A stretch of DNA of 64,000 nt from Escherichia coli (lineage in GTDB: Bacteria > Pseudomonadota > Gammaproteobacteria > Enterobacterales > Enterobacteriaceae): assembly GCF_016026235.1 (NCBI RefSeq), contig NZ_CP065613.1. The stretch is one strand, 5' to 3'. The notes below the pieces were generated by a model that worked only from the letters and a program-made list of their open reading frames with translations, did no database searches and was not told where the DNA came from. Position numbers and translations under genes: made by a program. This document shows, one piece after another, positions 12,980-28,699 of the stretch (position 1 is its first letter; every line of letters starts with the position of its first letter).

Positions 12980-14221
12980 ATGAACAAAACGCTAATCGCC
13001 GCAGCTGTGGCAGGGGTAGTTTTACTCGCTTCAAACGCTCAGGCACAAACCGTACCGGAAGGCTATCAGCTACAGCAAGTGCTCATGATGAGCCGCCATA
13101 ACTTACGTGCGCCGCTGGCGAACAATGGCAGTGTGCTGGAGCAGTCGACGCCGAATAAATGGCCCGAATGGGACGTCCCCGGTGGGCAACTCACCACCAA
13201 AGGTGGCGTACTCGAAGTGTATATGGGCCATTACATGCGTGAATGGCTGGCAGAGCAGGGGATGGTAAAATCGGGGGAATGCCCGCCGCCGGACACCGTT
13301 TATGCCTATGCCAATAGTCTGCAACGTACCGTTGCGACCGCACAGTTCTTTATTACCGGCGCATTCCCGGGGTGTGATATTCCTGTGCATCACCAGGAAA
13401 AAATGGGCACTATGGACCCAACCTTTAACCCGGTGATCACCGATGATTCCGCCGCATTCAGTGAACAGGCGGTGGCGGCAATGGAGAAAGAGCTCAGCAA
13501 ACTCCAGCTTACCGACAGCTACCAGCTACTGGAAAAAATCGTTAACTATAAAGATTCCCCTGCCTGTAAAGAGAAACAACAGTGTTCGCTGGTGGATGGC
13601 AAAAATACCTTTAGCGCCAAGTATCAACAAGAACCAGGTGTTTCCGGGCCGCTGAAAGTCGGCAACTCGCTGGTAGATGCGTTTACTTTGCAATACTACG
13701 AAGGTTTTCCGATGGATCAGGTGGCCTGGGGAGAAATCAAATCTGACCAGCAATGGAAGGTGTTGTCGAAGCTGAAAAACGGTTACCAGGACAGCCTGTT
13801 TACCTCACCGGAAGTGGCGCGCAATGTTGCGAAACCGCTGGTCAGTTATATCGACAAAGCCCTGGTCACCGATCGCACCAGTGCACCAAAAATCACGGTG
13901 TTAGTTGGGCATGACTCCAACATTGCCTCTCTGTTAACGGCGCTGGATTTCAAACCGTATCAGTTGCATGACCAGAACGAACGCACGCCGATTGGCGGCA
14001 AAATCGTTTTCCAGCGTTGGCATGACAGCAAAGCCAATCGCGATTTGATGAAAATTGAATATGTGTACCAGAGTGCGGAACAGTTACGTAATGCCGATGC
14101 GTTAACCCTGCAGGCACCTGCGCAGCGCGTGACGCTGGAATTAAGCGGTTGCCCGATAGACGCTGATGGTTTCTGCCCGATGGATAAGTTTGATAGCGTG
14201 TTGAATGAAGCGGTGAAATAA
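12980..14221 (+). CDS. agp: Periplasmic glucose-1-phosphatase Agp
   Basis: ORF track 12956..14221; ATG at 12980 ([12 protein letters not shown] signal peptide); histidine acid phosphatase motif RHNLRAP. Confidence 0.9.
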   Translation: MNKTLIAAAVAGVVLLASNAQAQTVPEGYQLQQVLMMSRHNLRAPLANNGSVLEQSTPNKWPEWDVPGGQLTTKGGVLEVYMGHYMREWLAEQGMVKSGECPPPDTVYAYANSLQRTVATAQFFITGAFPGCDIPVHHQEKMGTMDPTFNPVITDDSAAFSEQAVAAMEKELSKLQLTDSYQLLEKIVNYKDSPACKEKQQCSLVDGKNTFSAKYQQEPGVSGPLKVGNSLVDAFTLQYYEGFPMDQVAWGEIKSDQQWKVLSKLKNGYQDSLFTSPEVARNVAKPLVSYIDKALVTDRTSAPKITVLVGHDSNIASLLTALDFKPYQLHDQNERTPIGGKIVFQRWHDSKANRDLMKIEYVYQSAEQLRNADALTLQAPAQRVTLELSGCPIDADGFCPMDKFDSVLNEAVK

Positions 14222-14228
14222 CAGAAAA

Positions 14229-14251
14229 CTCCCCCGCGAGAAGCGGGGGAG
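14229..14251. terminator. Bidirectional Rho-independent terminator between convergent agp and yccJ
   Basis: Perfect hairpin ctcccccgc-gagaa-gcgggggag flanked by A/T runs. Confidence 0.6.
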
Positions 14252-14258
14252 TCGCTGG

Positions 14259-14486
14259 TTAAACGTTTTTACGTTCGATGGTCTGTTCGCCCCAAAAAAG
14301 CGAATCTTTATCGGTCTTAGCAAAGGCTTTGACTAACACTTCATCACTACCTTCTTCCCAAATCTTTTCCGCCATTTTTTCGTCGTACCCGGCGACTTCG
14401 AAAATGGCCTCGGCTATTTCCGGCGACGTATTGCGCAGAGATGCCCATTCACCGACGTGATGAGCTTTCGCTTCTTGAGTTGGCAT
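14259..14486 (-). CDS. yccJ: Small protein YccJ
   Basis: 75-aa ORF upstream of wrbA, same strand. Confidence 0.85.
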
Positions 14487-14506
14487 GCGTATCCTCCTGT
14501 TGAAGA

Positions 14507-15121
<615 letters not shown>

Positions 15122-15475
15122 TTATCTCTATTCCGTAGCGATTCGCTACCACTTATTTAAAGATAAGACGTCCTTTTCAGAGTGCAAATTTCACAACCAC
15201 TTATTTGATTTATAACAACTTTCACAAGCACGCAATTTTGTCGCAAAATGACACATTTTTATCTCATCGCGTTTTTTTAATCATAAGAGCGGCTTATGGA
15301 TAATTATTGGAGATGATATCTATTCTCGCTAAGAAGCTGTTGCAGGATATTACCAAACGCGGGTAGAAACACGTCAGTTCACTAAGCTTAGTCCCACGTA
15401 GCGAAAATATGGCAGCCGCCATACGCCGCGTTAATTCTATGCAATATGATGTCTATACCCAGACGGAGGTCAGTA

Positions 15476-15649
15476 ATGGCAAACCATCGAGGCGGTTCCG
15501 GCAATTTTGCAGAAGACCGCGAAAGAGCATCAGAAGCAGGTAAAAAAGGTGGACAGCACAGCGGGGGTAATTTCAAGAATGACCCGCAGCGCGCATCTGA
15601 AGCAGGTAAAAAAGGTGGCAAGAGCAGTCACGGCAAAAGCGACAACTAG
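15476..15649 (+). CDS. ymdF: KGG-repeat stress-induced protein YmdF
   Basis: ORF track 15446..15649; ATG at 15476 (MANHRGGSGNFAEDRE...), repeated EAGKKGG motifs. Confidence 0.8.
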   Translation: MANHRGGSGNFAEDRERASEAGKKGGQHSGGNFKNDPQRASEAGKKGGKSSHGKSDN

Positions 15650-15732
15650 CCGGGCTAATCAATGACGAATGCATTTTTTTCTTAGGCTCGTCAAAAAGTC
15701 ATCACCGCTGGGTAACCCCAGCGGTTTTCTGT

Positions 15733-17061
15733 TTATGGCTCCTGATGAACAACTTCTGGCGGTGGAACGTCAACTAACCTTCTACTTAACAACGCATTGA
15801 GCAAAATCGCGCCAAAGGTGGCTGTACCGATCCCTCCCAACGTAAAACCGCCCAGCGTGAGAGCAAAATCACCCGCGCCCAGCACTAAGGTTACTGCGAC
15901 CATAATCAAATTACCGTTCTGGCTTAAATCGACACGGTTTTGTACCCAGATCCTTGCGCCTGCGACGGCAATCAGCCCGAACACAACAATTGATGCACCA
16001 CCAATCACCGCGGCCGGAATGGTATGAATCAGCGCGCCAAATTTCGGTGAAAAGCCCAACAGCATGGCGATGACGGCAGCAGCGACAAACACCAGCGTCG
16101 AGTAGACTTTTGTCACGGCCATTACACCGATATTCTCGGCGTAGGTGGTTACGCCGCTGCCACCGACAGAACCAGAAAGCATCGTCGCCAGCCCATCACC
16201 GACGAATGCCCGCCCCATATACGGGTCCATATTGCGTCCGGTCATCCCGGCGACCGCCTTGAGATGACCTAAGTTTTCCGCCACCAGAATCACCGCCACG
16301 GGCGCAATCAGCATCATTGCCTGACTATTAAAAGCAGGAGTGGAAAAATGTGGCAAACCGAACCAGGCAGCATGGCTGACGAGAGTAAAATCGACGGCTT
16401 TTCCCAGCCCTAAAACGTTGGTCATCACGCCATACAGCAGACAGGCGACAATTAAACCTACGAGAATCAATAACCGCTGGATCATGCCACGGGTAAACAC
16501 CGCCACCAGCCCAATACACAGCACCGTCATTACCGCCATCCAGCTATCAAAGGCCGAAGCCGATACACTTTTCACTGCGATAGGCGCTAAGTTCAGGCCA
16601 ATCGCCATCACCACCGCACCCGTCACCACCGGCGGCATTAGTCGTTCAATCCAGCGTGTACCAATTTTCATCACCACCAGGCCAATGACGGTATAAACCA
16701 GCCCACAGGCGATAATCCCGCCCAGCGCAATGCTGATATTCGGGTTAATGCCCTGACCGTTAAAGCCCGTCGCGGCAATCACCACGCCGACAAAAGCCGC
16801 GCTGGAACCGAGATAACTGGGGACGCGCCCGCCGGTAATAAAGAAAAACAGTAACGTGCCGATCCCCGACATTAAAATGGAAAGATTGGGATCCAGCCCC
16901 ATCAGAATCGGCATTAACACCGTCGCGCCAAACATCGCCACCGCGTGTTGAACGCCCATTACTGCCGTCTGAGCAAACGGCAATCGTTCATACGGCGCGA
17001 CCACGCCGCTCTCTGTAGAGGTCGATTTTAACTGCCAGTGAGGAAAACCGAACATTGCCAT
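15733..17061 (-). CDS. rutG: Pyrimidine permease RutG
   Basis: ORF track 15733..17175; start at MAMFGF (442 aa); NCS2 transporter. Confidence 0.9.
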   Translation of the reverse strand: MAMFGFPHWQLKSTSTESGVVAPYERLPFAQTAVMGVQHAVAMFGATVLMPILMGLDPNLSILMSGIGTLLFFFITGGRVPSYLGSSAAFVGVVIAATGFNGQGINPNISIALGGIIACGLVYTVIGLVVMKIGTRWIERLMPPVVTGAVVMAIGLNLAPIAVKSVSASAFDSWMAVMTVLCIGLVAVFTRGMIQRLLILVGLIVACLLYGVMTNVLGLGKAVDFTLVSHAAWFGLPHFSTPAFNSQAMMLIAPVAVILVAENLGHLKAVAGMTGRNMDPYMGRAFVGDGLATMLSGSVGGSGVTTYAENIGVMAVTKVYSTLVFVAAAVIAMLLGFSPKFGALIHTIPAAVIGGASIVVFGLIAVAGARIWVQNRVDLSQNGNLIMVAVTLVLGAGDFALTLGGFTLGGIGTATFGAILLNALLSRRLVDVPPPEVVHQEP

Positions 17062-17081
17062 CAGCTGTCTCCTTAAGGAGG

Positions 17082-17576
17082 TTAACAAGCAGGGCGCATC
17101 AGCGCGTGATAACTGCGATCGAACCACACCAGCCCGTAGGGTGTGGCGTGACGATGAATCGCTTCGATGGCGCAAAACAGAATGTCGTGGGTGCCGACGC
17201 TCACCACCTGGCTGATACGGCAGTCAAACGAAACCAGAGCCTCTTCCAGTTGCGGGCATCCGGTCACACCCGTCTGCCAGCGGGCGGCGGCAAAGCGGTG
17301 TTCCATGGGCGTTTTGCCGCCAAAAAGATTTGAAAGCGGCTCCTGCCCGGCGCTCAGTGTATTTACACACAGCGTTCGATTTTCATTGAATACCGGCCAG
17401 ACGGACGCCCCACGATTCAGGCACACCAGTAATGTAGGCGGCGTGTCGGTCACGCTGCAGACCGCGCTGGCGGTGAACCCGGCGCGCCCGGCTGGACCAT
17501 CCGTGGTGATGATATTGACTGCCGCGCCCATACAGGACATCGCATCGCGAAAGGTTTGTTGATCGACAATGTTCAT
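17082..17576 (-). CDS. rutF: Flavin reductase RutF
   Basis: ORF track 17082..17657; start at MNIVDQQTF (164 aa). Confidence 0.9.
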
Positions 17577-17586
17577 GGTTTGCTCC

Positions 17587-18177
17587 TTACAACAGCCCGC
17601 AGGCTTCTTCAAAGGACAGACGTGGCAGGCGCGCAAAAAGTTTGCTGCTATCGCCATAGCCGATATTAATCAGCAGATTGCTCTTCAGCGTGCTGCCCGC
17701 AAAAAAGGCGTCGTCAACGTGTTGACGGTCAAAACCCGACATCGGGCCGGTATCCAGTCCCAGCGCACGGCAGGCGACGATCAGATAGGCCGCCTGCATG
17801 GAACTGTTGCGAAACGCTGTTTCTTCGGCAAGTTGTGGGCTGGAGGTAAACCAACTGCGGGCATCGCCGTGAGGAAACAGTTGCGGTAACCGTTCATAAA
17901 ATTCACTGTCCCAGGCGACGATAGCGGTGACGGGCGCGGTCAGGGTTTTTTGCAGATTGCCGCTGGAAAGTGCCGGGCGCAGACGTTCTTTTCCTTCTGC
18001 CGTGCGGATAAACACGATCCGTGCCGGAGAACAGTTAGCTGATGTCGGCCCCCATTTCATCAGGGCATAAATCTCCCGTAACGTCTCATCGCTGACGGGT
18101 GTCTCCCGCCAGCCGTTGTGAGTGCGGGCATCGGTGAACAAGGTGCTAAGCGCACCTGGGCTAACGGCTTCGTTCAT
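17587..18177 (-). CDS. rutE: Malonic semialdehyde reductase RutE (nitroreductase family)
   Basis: 196-aa ORF. Confidence 0.9.
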   Translation of the reverse strand: MNEAVSPGALSTLFTDARTHNGWRETPVSDETLREIYALMKWGPTSANCSPARIVFIRTAEGKERLRPALSSGNLQKTLTAPVTAIVAWDSEFYERLPQLFPHGDARSWFTSSPQLAEETAFRNSSMQAAYLIVACRALGLDTGPMSGFDRQHVDDAFFAGSTLKSNLLINIGYGDSSKLFARLPRLSFEEACGLL

Positions 18178-18186
18178 AGCAATTCC

Positions 18187-18987
18187 TTACAGGGCGGCTT
18201 CACGGTGATGTAACAGGCTGGCAAGCCCGTTGAGTAACAGAGCATTAAACGTTTCGGGGTCGGTCACGTTGCAGGCGTGTCCGCCATAGCGCATCACCAT
18301 TTTCTGGCTATCGGGCAGGGCGGCATGAAGCTCACTGGAACATGCTGATGGCACCAGCAGATCATCACTGGCGCAGATGATTTGCACCGGGCAGCGGATG
18401 CGATCCGCATGGTGACTAAAGTCAGCGCGTTTGAGGGCGTTAAGTCGACGCAGTAAATTATTTTTGCCCTGAAAATGCGCCAGTGCCAGCGCGTCTTCTG
18501 CCTCAAGGCGAGGTGCGCGGGCCGCCATCCAGTCGGCGGGATAGAGGAACAACGGCTGCGCTTCCACCCATGCCTGCGCGCCGCCGCTATACAGTAATCG
18601 TTCGCGAACCTGAAAACAGCGGCGCGTATGGGCGTTTATTCGTAGCCAGCCGTTAACGCTGATCAGCACAGTTACCGACGCGGGATAATCCAGCGCCAGC
18701 TGCATTCCCACCAGCGCACCGAGCGCATGGCCGACCACCGCGTAATGCTCAATCCCTGCGGCTACCAGCGCCTGATGCAGTTCCGCTGCCATCTGGGCGA
18801 TACTGTAATCTTCTGCCAGCGTGTCGGGATTATTGCCGGTGCCGCGCTGGTCGTAACAGACTACCTGATACTCCTGCTCCAGCACCGCCAGTTGCGGTAA
18901 CCAGTAACTGCCGCTACCGCCAAGACCCGAAATCAACACCACTACGGGCGCATCAGCATAAGGGGGAGGTGAGAGTGAAAGTTTCAT
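18187..18987 (-). CDS. rutD: Aminoacrylate hydrolase RutD (alpha/beta hydrolase)
   Basis: ORF track 18187..19014; start at [10 protein letters not shown] (266 aa). Confidence 0.9.
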   Translation of the reverse strand: MKLSLSPPPYADAPVVVLISGLGGSGSYWLPQLAVLEQEYQVVCYDQRGTGNNPDTLAEDYSIAQMAAELHQALVAAGIEHYAVVGHALGALVGMQLALDYPASVTVLISVNGWLRINAHTRRCFQVRERLLYSGGAQAWVEAQPLFLYPADWMAARAPRLEAEDALALAHFQGKNNLLRRLNALKRADFSHHADRIRCPVQIICASDDLLVPSACSSELHAALPDSQKMVMRYGGHACNVTDPETFNALLLNGLASLLHHREAAL

Positions 18988-18994
18988 CGCGGCC

Positions 18995-19381
18995 TCACTT
19001 GGCGATATGCGCAATTGTGGCGATTTCCACCAGCGCGTCAGGTTTTACCAGTCCGCACTGAATGCAGAATCGCGCCGGTTTATCACCCGGAAAAAACTCG
19101 GCGTAGATTTCGTTAATCGCGGCGTAATTTTTCCAGTCGGTAATAAAGATGCTGTTGAAGGTCACATCCGCCATCGTGCCACCCGCCGTCTCGATCACCT
19201 TGCGGATAATTTCCAGAACGTGGCGGGTTTGCGCCTTTGGGTCATCGGCAAACAGCACGTTATTATGTTGATCAAAAGCCAGCGTACCGGAGACATACAC
19301 CACGCCATCAGCCAGCGTGCCGGGAACGAAGGGGGCCAGCGGTGCGCTGCTGCCAGCGGGAATAATTACGGATTTTGGCAT
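18995..19381 (-). CDS. rutC: Aminoacrylate peracid reductase RutC (RidA family)
   Basis: 128-aa ORF. Confidence 0.9.
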   Translation of the reverse strand: MPKSVIIPAGSSAPLAPFVPGTLADGVVYVSGTLAFDQHNNVLFADDPKAQTRHVLEIIRKVIETAGGTMADVTFNSIFITDWKNYAAINEIYAEFFPGDKPARFCIQCGLVKPDALVEIATIAHIAK

Positions 19382-19392
19382 CGTTAAACTCC

Positions 19393-21233
<1,841 letters not shown>

Positions 21234-21463
21234 ATCCTTTTCAGCCGCGTAATGGCTTGTTTGCAAAGCGGATGCCAGTTTTTAAAAAGTGAATGTTATT
21301 AATGTGTTAACATTGTGTTGTCTAAAATATCTGGTAAAAAGTGGACTAAACGGTCAAAACAGTTGCACATAAAACATGCATCTGTGCGCGATGAGAGTGC
21401 AGAAGGTCGAGGCCGGGCGGGGGTTTTGCTATCCTGTTGCCAATCTACAAGAGGGGAGAGCGC

Positions 21464-22102
21464 ATGACGCAAGGCGCAGTGAAAACAACGGGTAAACGTT
21501 CGCGCGCAGTAAGCGCGAAGAAAAAAGCGATTCTTAGCGCAGCACTGGACACTTTTTCACAATTCGGTTTTCACGGCACAAGGCTGGAGCAGATCGCAGA
21601 GTTGGCGGGTGTTTCAAAAACCAATCTGCTGTATTACTTCCCGTCAAAAGAGGCGCTGTATATTGCCGTGCTGCGGCAGATTCTCGATATCTGGCTGGCA
21701 CCGTTAAAAGCGTTTCGTGAAGATTTCGCCCCGCTGGCGGCGATCAAAGAGTACATCCGTCTGAAGCTGGAAGTCTCACGCGATTATCCGCAGGCTTCGC
21801 GCCTGTTCTGTATGGAGATGCTGGCAGGCGCGCCGCTGTTAATGGATGAACTGACGGGCGATTTGAAGGCATTAATTGATGAGAAATCGGCGCTGATTGC
21901 CGGTTGGGTCAAAAGCGGCAAACTCGCGCCGATTGATCCGCAGCATTTGATTTTTATGATTTGGGCTTCCACTCAACATTACGCCGATTTCGCCCCTCAG
22001 GTGGAGGCGGTGACAGGCGCAACGTTGCGCGATGAGGTATTTTTCAATCAAACGGTTGAAAACGTGCAGCGGATTATTATTGAGGGGATTCGACCACGTT
22101 AA
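21464..22102 (+). CDS. rutR: TetR-family repressor RutR
   Basis: ORF track 21437..22102; ATG at 21464 (MTQGAVKTTGK); divergent from rutA. Confidence 0.9.
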   Translation: MTQGAVKTTGKRSRAVSAKKKAILSAALDTFSQFGFHGTRLEQIAELAGVSKTNLLYYFPSKEALYIAVLRQILDIWLAPLKAFREDFAPLAAIKEYIRLKLEVSRDYPQASRLFCMEMLAGAPLLMDELTGDLKALIDEKSALIAGWVKSGKLAPIDPQHLIFMIWASTQHYADFAPQVEAVTGATLRDEVFFNQTVENVQRIIIEGIRPR

Positions 22103-22141
22103 AGATGCCGGAGGAGGTTGTAACATCCTCCGGCTACCTGT

Positions 22142-25100
22142 TTAACCGATCGTCATTAAACTGGCGTTACCGCCAGCGGCAGCGGTATTCACACTCAGCG
22201 AACGTTCGATATACAGCCGTTCCAGAAGGATATTGCTTTCGCCACGGGCAAAACCCTGCACCGAAACAATTGCGCCATCCCGCGCAGCAACGGCTTCACA
22301 CAATGCGCGAAGCTGATCCGAATCACCGTGGAAGATCACCGCATCAAAGGGTTGAGCGGTTATATTTTCCGCTTTCGCCAGTTGAATACGTTCGCTGACT
22401 GCCGATGGCAATGCCTTTACTAGCTGACGATGCAGCGCGTCATCCGGCCACAGTACCTGGCTGCCCACCGCCAGCACGGCGGCGAGCTGAGTCAGCGCAT
22501 CCTGCTCATCATCGGCAATACACAACACGCGCTCACGCGGCAGCAGCGTCCAGGTGTTGCGTTCACCCGTCGGCCCTGGCAGCAATCGTTGTGTTCCTGC
22601 CTGCGCCAGCTCGCCATATTGCGTACATAACGCCTGCAATTCTGGACGATTTGCTGCCCATTCCCGCAGTGCATTTAGCGGCTGAGTCAATGCGGCTTTC
22701 AACTGCGCATCGACCGGATACTCTGCATCCTGACGCGCGAGCGTTACTGCCAGCGCACTTTCCGGGCGATTCGCCAGCAGACGGTAGAGATAGAGCGGGC
22801 CACCTGCTTTTGGCCCGGTGCCGGATAACCCTTCGCCGCCGAACGGTTGCACCCCGACTACTGCGCCCACCATATTACGGTTAACGTACAGGTTACCGAC
22901 ATGCGCCGAGCCAGTGACCTGGGCGATGGTTTCATCAATACGCGTATGAACGCCAAGCGTCAGACCATAACCGGAAGCGTTAATCTGCTCGATCAGCTCT
23001 GGTAGCTGGTTACGGTTGTAACGCACCACATGCAGCACCGGACCAAAGACCTCTTTGTGCAATTCGGCAAAGTCATCCAGTTCGATCAGCGTCGGGGCGA
23101 CAAAGGTGCCGCTTTGCCATTCACGGGCATCTTCGCTGTTTTCCCGCACCGCCTGGAACACCGGACGGCCTTTGCTACGCATGGTCTGAATATGGCGCTC
23201 AATATTGGCTTTCGCTTCGCTATCAATCACCGGACCGATATCGGTGGTCAGGCGACCCGGATTACCCATCCGGCATTCGGCCATTGCACCGCGCAGCATT
23301 TTCAACGTGTGGTCGGCAATCTCATCTTGCAGGCACAGCACGCGCAGTGCCGAACAACGCTGACCCGCACTGTCGAACGCCGAGGCCAGCACATCCACGA
23401 CGACTTGTTCGGTCAGTGCTGAAGAATCGACAATCATCGCGTTCATGCCGCCGGTTTCAGCGATGAGCGGAATAGGGCGACCCTGAGCGTCCAAGCGGCT
23501 GGCGATATTGCGCTGCAGTAACGTAGCGACTTCGGTTGAACCGGTAAACATCACCCCGCGTACGCGATCATCACCCGTCAGTTGCGCGCCCACGGTTTCC
23601 CCCTGACCTGGCAGCAATTGCACCACGCCAGGGGGTACACCCGCTTCCAGCAAAATGGCGATCCCTTGCGCGGCAATCAGCGGCGTTTGTTCTGCCGGTT
23701 TTGCCAGCACGCTGTTACCTGCCGCCAGTGCGGCAGCGATCTGCCCGGTGAAAATAGCCAGCGGGAAGTTCCACGGACTGATACACACCACAGGCCCTAA
23801 TGGACGGTGGGTTTCGTTAGCGAAATCATCCCGCACCTGTCCGGCGTAGTAGTGGAGAAAATCGACCGCTTCGCGCACTTCGGCAATGGCGTTACTGAAG
23901 GTTTTTCCGGCTTCACGCACCAGAATACCAATCAGTTGCTGCATCTGGCTTTCCATTAGCACGGCAGCGCGATGCAAAATCGCCGCGCGTTCAGCCGGAG
24001 GCGTGGCAAACCAGATTGGCGCGTTATTAACCGCACTTTCCAGCGCCTGTTCTACTTCACGCGGCGTGGCTTCACGCACAAAGCCCACAATATCTTTCGG
24101 TTCCGCAGGGTTAATAACGGGCGACATCTCACCTGCCGCTACCGGTTGTTCCAGCATTGGCAAGGCCTGCCATTTTTGCAGTGCACTATTGAGCAGGGCA
24201 GAGGAGAGCGAGGCCAGACGGTGTTCGTTAGCGAGATCCAGCCCTGCCGAGTTGTCGCGCCCGTGACCGTAAAGATCGCGCGGCAGGGGAATTTTCGGAT
24301 GCGGTAATCCAGTTTGCCCTTCCTGTTGCGCCAGTTTTTCTACAGCAGTGACCGGATCGGCGACCAGTTCATCCAGTGGCAAAGAGGTGTCGGCAATACG
24401 GTTAACAAACGAGGTGTTAGCACCGTTTTCCAGCAGGCGACGCACCAGATACGCCAGCAGCGTTTCATGTGTGCCAACCGGGGCATAAATACGACACGGT
24501 CGGTTAAGTTTACCGTCGGCAACTTTCCCGGTGACCTGCTCGTACAGTGGCTCGCCCATACCATGCAGGCACTGGAACTCGTACTGACCCGGATAGTAGT
24601 TCTGACCTGCCAGTTGATAAATCGCTGCCAGCGTATGGGCGTTGTGCGTCGCGAACTGCGGGTAGATTAGATTCGGCACCGCCAGCAGCTTTTTCGCACA
24701 GGCGAGATAAGAAACGTCGGTATACACCTTGCGGGTATAAACCGGATAGCCTTCAAGGCCGTCCATCTGCGCACGCTTGATTTCACTATCCCAGTACGCG
24801 CCTTTCACCAGGCGAATCATCAGACGGCGACGGCTGCGGGTGGCGAGATCAACCAGGTAATCGATCACCAACGGGCAGCGTTTTTGATAAGCCTGAATAA
24901 CAAAACCGATGCCGTTCCAGCCTGCCAGTTCCGGCTCGAAACAGAGATTTTCCAGCAGATCGAGGGAGATCTCCAGACGATCGGCCTCTTCGGCATCGAT
25001 GTTAATACCAATATCATACTGACGCGCCAGCAGGGTGAGTGATTTCAGACGCGGGTAAAGCTCTTCCATTACCCGGTCATACTGGGCGCGGCTGTAGCGC

Positions 25101-26104
25101 GGATGCAGCGCCGACAGCTTGATTGAAATGCCCGGACCTTCATAGATGCCACGACCGTTAGACGCTTTACCAATGGCGTGAATCGCCTGCTGATAGGAAA
25201 CCATATACGCCTGTGCGTCTGCGGCAGTCAGAGCAGCTTCGCCCAGCATATCGTAAGAGTAACGGAAACCTTTCTCTTCCAGCTTGCGGGCATTGGCTAA
25301 CGCTTCCGCGATGGTTTCACCCGTGACGAACTGCTCGCCCATCAGGCGCATCGCCATATCCACACCTTTGCGGATCAGCGGTTCACCGCTTTTACCGATA
25401 ATGCGGTTCAGCGAGCGGGAGAGGCTGGCTTCGTTATGGGTGGAAACCAGTTTGCCAGTAAACAACAGCCCCCAGGTAGCGGCATTAACAAACAGTGACG
25501 GGCTACGACCAATGTGTGACTGCCAGTTACCGTTGCTGATTTTGTCGCGAATTAACGCGTCGCGGGTGGCTTTGTCGGGAATACGCAACAACGCTTCCGC
25601 CAGACACATCAGCGCCACGCCTTCCTGCGATGACAGCGAAAACTCCTGCAATAACCCCTGGACCATACCTGCGCGACCACTGGCATTTTTTTGATTACGC
25701 AGTTTATCGGCCAGTTGATATGCCAGTTTATGCGCCTGTTCAGCAACTGGCTGCGGCAGGCGGGCTTGTTCCAGCAGCATAGAAACCGCTTCGGTTTCCG
25801 GGCGACGATAGGCCGCGGTGATCGCGGCGCGGGAAACCGACTGGGGCAAAATTTGCTCGGCAAAGTCGAGGAATGGCTGGTGTGGTTCCTCTGCCGGAGT
25901 CGGTGCTTCATCGCTCTCATTGGCAGCACCAGAAAGCAGCGCAGGTAGCTCTGGCAGAGTATCGCTGTTTTCCAGTTGTTCGAGATAAGAAAAAATCGCC
26001 TGCTTAATTAACCAGTGTGGCGTGCGATCGATACGTGTCGCGGCAGACTTAATACGCTCACGCGTCGCGTCGTCCAGCTTAACCCCCATGGTGGTGGTTC
26101 CCAT
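22142..26104 (-). CDS. putA: Bifunctional proline dehydrogenase / P5C dehydrogenase and repressor PutA
   Basis: ORF track 22142..26170; start at MGTTTMGVKLDD (1320 aa). Confidence 0.9.
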   Translation of the reverse strand: MGTTTMGVKLDDATRERIKSAATRIDRTPHWLIKQAIFSYLEQLENSDTLPELPALLSGAANESDEAPTPAEEPHQPFLDFAEQILPQSVSRAAITAAYRRPETEAVSMLLEQARLPQPVAEQAHKLAYQLADKLRNQKNASGRAGMVQGLLQEFSLSSQEGVALMCLAEALLRIPDKATRDALIRDKISNGNWQSHIGRSPSLFVNAATWGLLFTGKLVSTHNEASLSRSLNRIIGKSGEPLIRKGVDMAMRLMGEQFVTGETIAEALANARKLEEKGFRYSYDMLGEAALTAADAQAYMVSYQQAIHAIGKASNGRGIYEGPGISIKLSALHPRYSRAQYDRVMEELYPRLKSLTLLARQYDIGINIDAEEADRLEISLDLLENLCFEPELAGWNGIGFVIQAYQKRCPLVIDYLVDLATRSRRRLMIRLVKGAYWDSEIKRAQMDGLEGYPVYTRKVYTDVSYLACAKKLLAVPNLIYPQFATHNAHTLAAIYQLAGQNYYPGQYEFQCLHGMGEPLYEQVTGKVADGKLNRPCRIYAPVGTHETLLAYLVRRLLENGANTSFVNRIADTSLPLDELVADPVTAVEKLAQQEGQTGLPHPKIPLPRDLYGHGRDNSAGLDLANEHRLASLSSALLNSALQKWQALPMLEQPVAAGEMSPVINPAEPKDIVGFVREATPREVEQALESAVNNAPIWFATPPAERAAILHRAAVLMESQMQQLIGILVREAGKTFSNAIAEVREAVDFLHYYAGQVRDDFANETHRPLGPVVCISPWNFPLAIFTGQIAAALAAGNSVLAKPAEQTPLIAAQGIAILLEAGVPPGVVQLLPGQGETVGAQLTGDDRVRGVMFTGSTEVATLLQRNIASRLDAQGRPIPLIAETGGMNAMIVDSSALTEQVVVDVLASAFDSAGQRCSALRVLCLQDEIADHTLKMLRGAMAECRMGNPGRLTTDIGPVIDSEAKANIERHIQTMRSKGRPVFQAVRENSEDAREWQSGTFVAPTLIELDDFAELHKEVFGPVLHVVRYNRNQLPELIEQINASGYGLTLGVHTRIDETIAQVTGSAHVGNLYVNRNMVGAVVGVQPFGGEGLSGTGPKAGGPLYLYRLLANRPESALAVTLARQDAEYPVDAQLKAALTQPLNALREWAANRPELQALCTQYGELAQAGTQRLLPGPTGERNTWTLLPRERVLCIADDEQDALTQLAAVLAVGSQVLWPDDALHRQLVKALPSAVSERIQLAKAENITAQPFDAVIFHGDSDQLRALCEAVAARDGAIVSVQGFARGESNILLERLYIERSLSVNTAAAGGNASLMTIG

Positions 26105-26526
26105 GCCATTACTCCTGTTGTTCTGAAAGGTGCAACTTAACGTTATCGTGAAATATCCATGATGTTGCAACTTTGTGCAACCATGTTAAATGTGACCTGC
26201 ATAGCAAGCTTAAAAATGAATGAAATGTTAATAAAAGAAATCGATATGACAGGGATTAAAAAAATAACTCAGACTTTTTCTCTGCGGCAGTTAACATTTT
26301 TGAAAGGTGCAACCTCAAAAAATGTGAGAGAGTGCAACCTGATGAAAAATAGTGTCGCTGAGCACTAAAATTTAATGTAAATGGTGTGTTAAATCGATTG
26401 TGAATAACCAGCGCTTCCGGCAGGATACGGTCGCCCTGGTAAAAAATAAACTCTGTTACCCCGTTCCGGTGGCAGATATAACGGCAAGTTTCGACATTGC
26501 CGATAATAATTTTTTGGAGACTTTAG
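26105..26526. promoter_or_regulatory. put control region with repeated GTTGCA / TGCAAC PutA operator motifs and divergent putA/putP promoters
   Basis: Motifs ggtgcaac / gttgcaac seen around 26124-26140, 26164-26182 and 26306-26340; matches the known PutA operator consensus. Confidence 0.6.
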
Positions 26527-28035
<1,509 letters not shown>

Positions 28036-28039
28036 GGGA

Positions 28040-28340
28040 CTTAGCCTGCGGCGGTTTTGTTTGGCTTCAGCAGCGGGTTGCGCTCCCTTAATGTGCCTCG
28101 CCATATAAATTGAATGGTGCAGGGAGCGCGCAGGGGGCGGCCAATCGCCGCGGCCCCCTGCACCCCGGGCTCTGGCGAACAAAATCGCCGCTGCGCGGTA
28201 CCTTCAGCTTATCCCCTTCGGCTACCGGGTCGGGCGCGAGGTAACGTCCTGTAAGACGCGCCCTCAGCCCACATCCATGTGGGCTGCCCCGGCCTTCGGG
28301 GAACGCTTCAGCGATTTTGACGCCACCAACACCCGCGCTG
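28040..28340. repeat. GC-rich block of nested perfect palindromes downstream of putP
   Basis: ggtgcaggg...ccctgcacc (28107-28163) enclosing a cagggggcggcc...ggccccctg imperfect inverted repeat; cagcccacat-cc-atgtgggctg (28265-28286); no credible ORF. Confidence 0.35.
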
Positions 28341-28621
28341 TTCTTATGTTCCGGGCAAAAAGTTAGATTTGATAATCGAGGATGGACGAAATTGCTTGAT
28401 ACACCCGCTTATCAGTTTTACATGGAAGTTTTGATGTATTGAGTCAGGACGGTTTTGTCGGCTGGATACGGCGTTTACGCGGCATCCGGCAAGAACACAT
28501 GGCTCGTTGTAAACAATCCCATCTTTGTACCTGGAATAATCGTTTATATCCCCTGGCATTACCTCTCTTTGTTTACATTTCAACATCATTTTATAAACAT
28601 TCCGCTTGTATTTTTCTTTAC

Positions 28622-28641
28622 CGTAATGATAATCGCTATCA
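28622..28641. promoter_or_regulatory. Putative Fur box upstream of efeU
   Basis: gtaatgataatcgctatcac resembles the Fur consensus GATAATGATAATCATTATC; efeUOB is known to be Fur-regulated. Confidence 0.45.
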
Positions 28642-28699
28642 CTGCGATTTACTTTTCTTTGCATAGATTGACTCAGAAAAACGTTTAAGGGTGGGTGGC

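Noticed and set aside
28344..28664. 106-aa minus-strand ORF upstream of efeU
   Set aside because: Spans the efeU promoter and Fur-box region and part of the GC-rich palindromic block; no convincing start context; probably spurious
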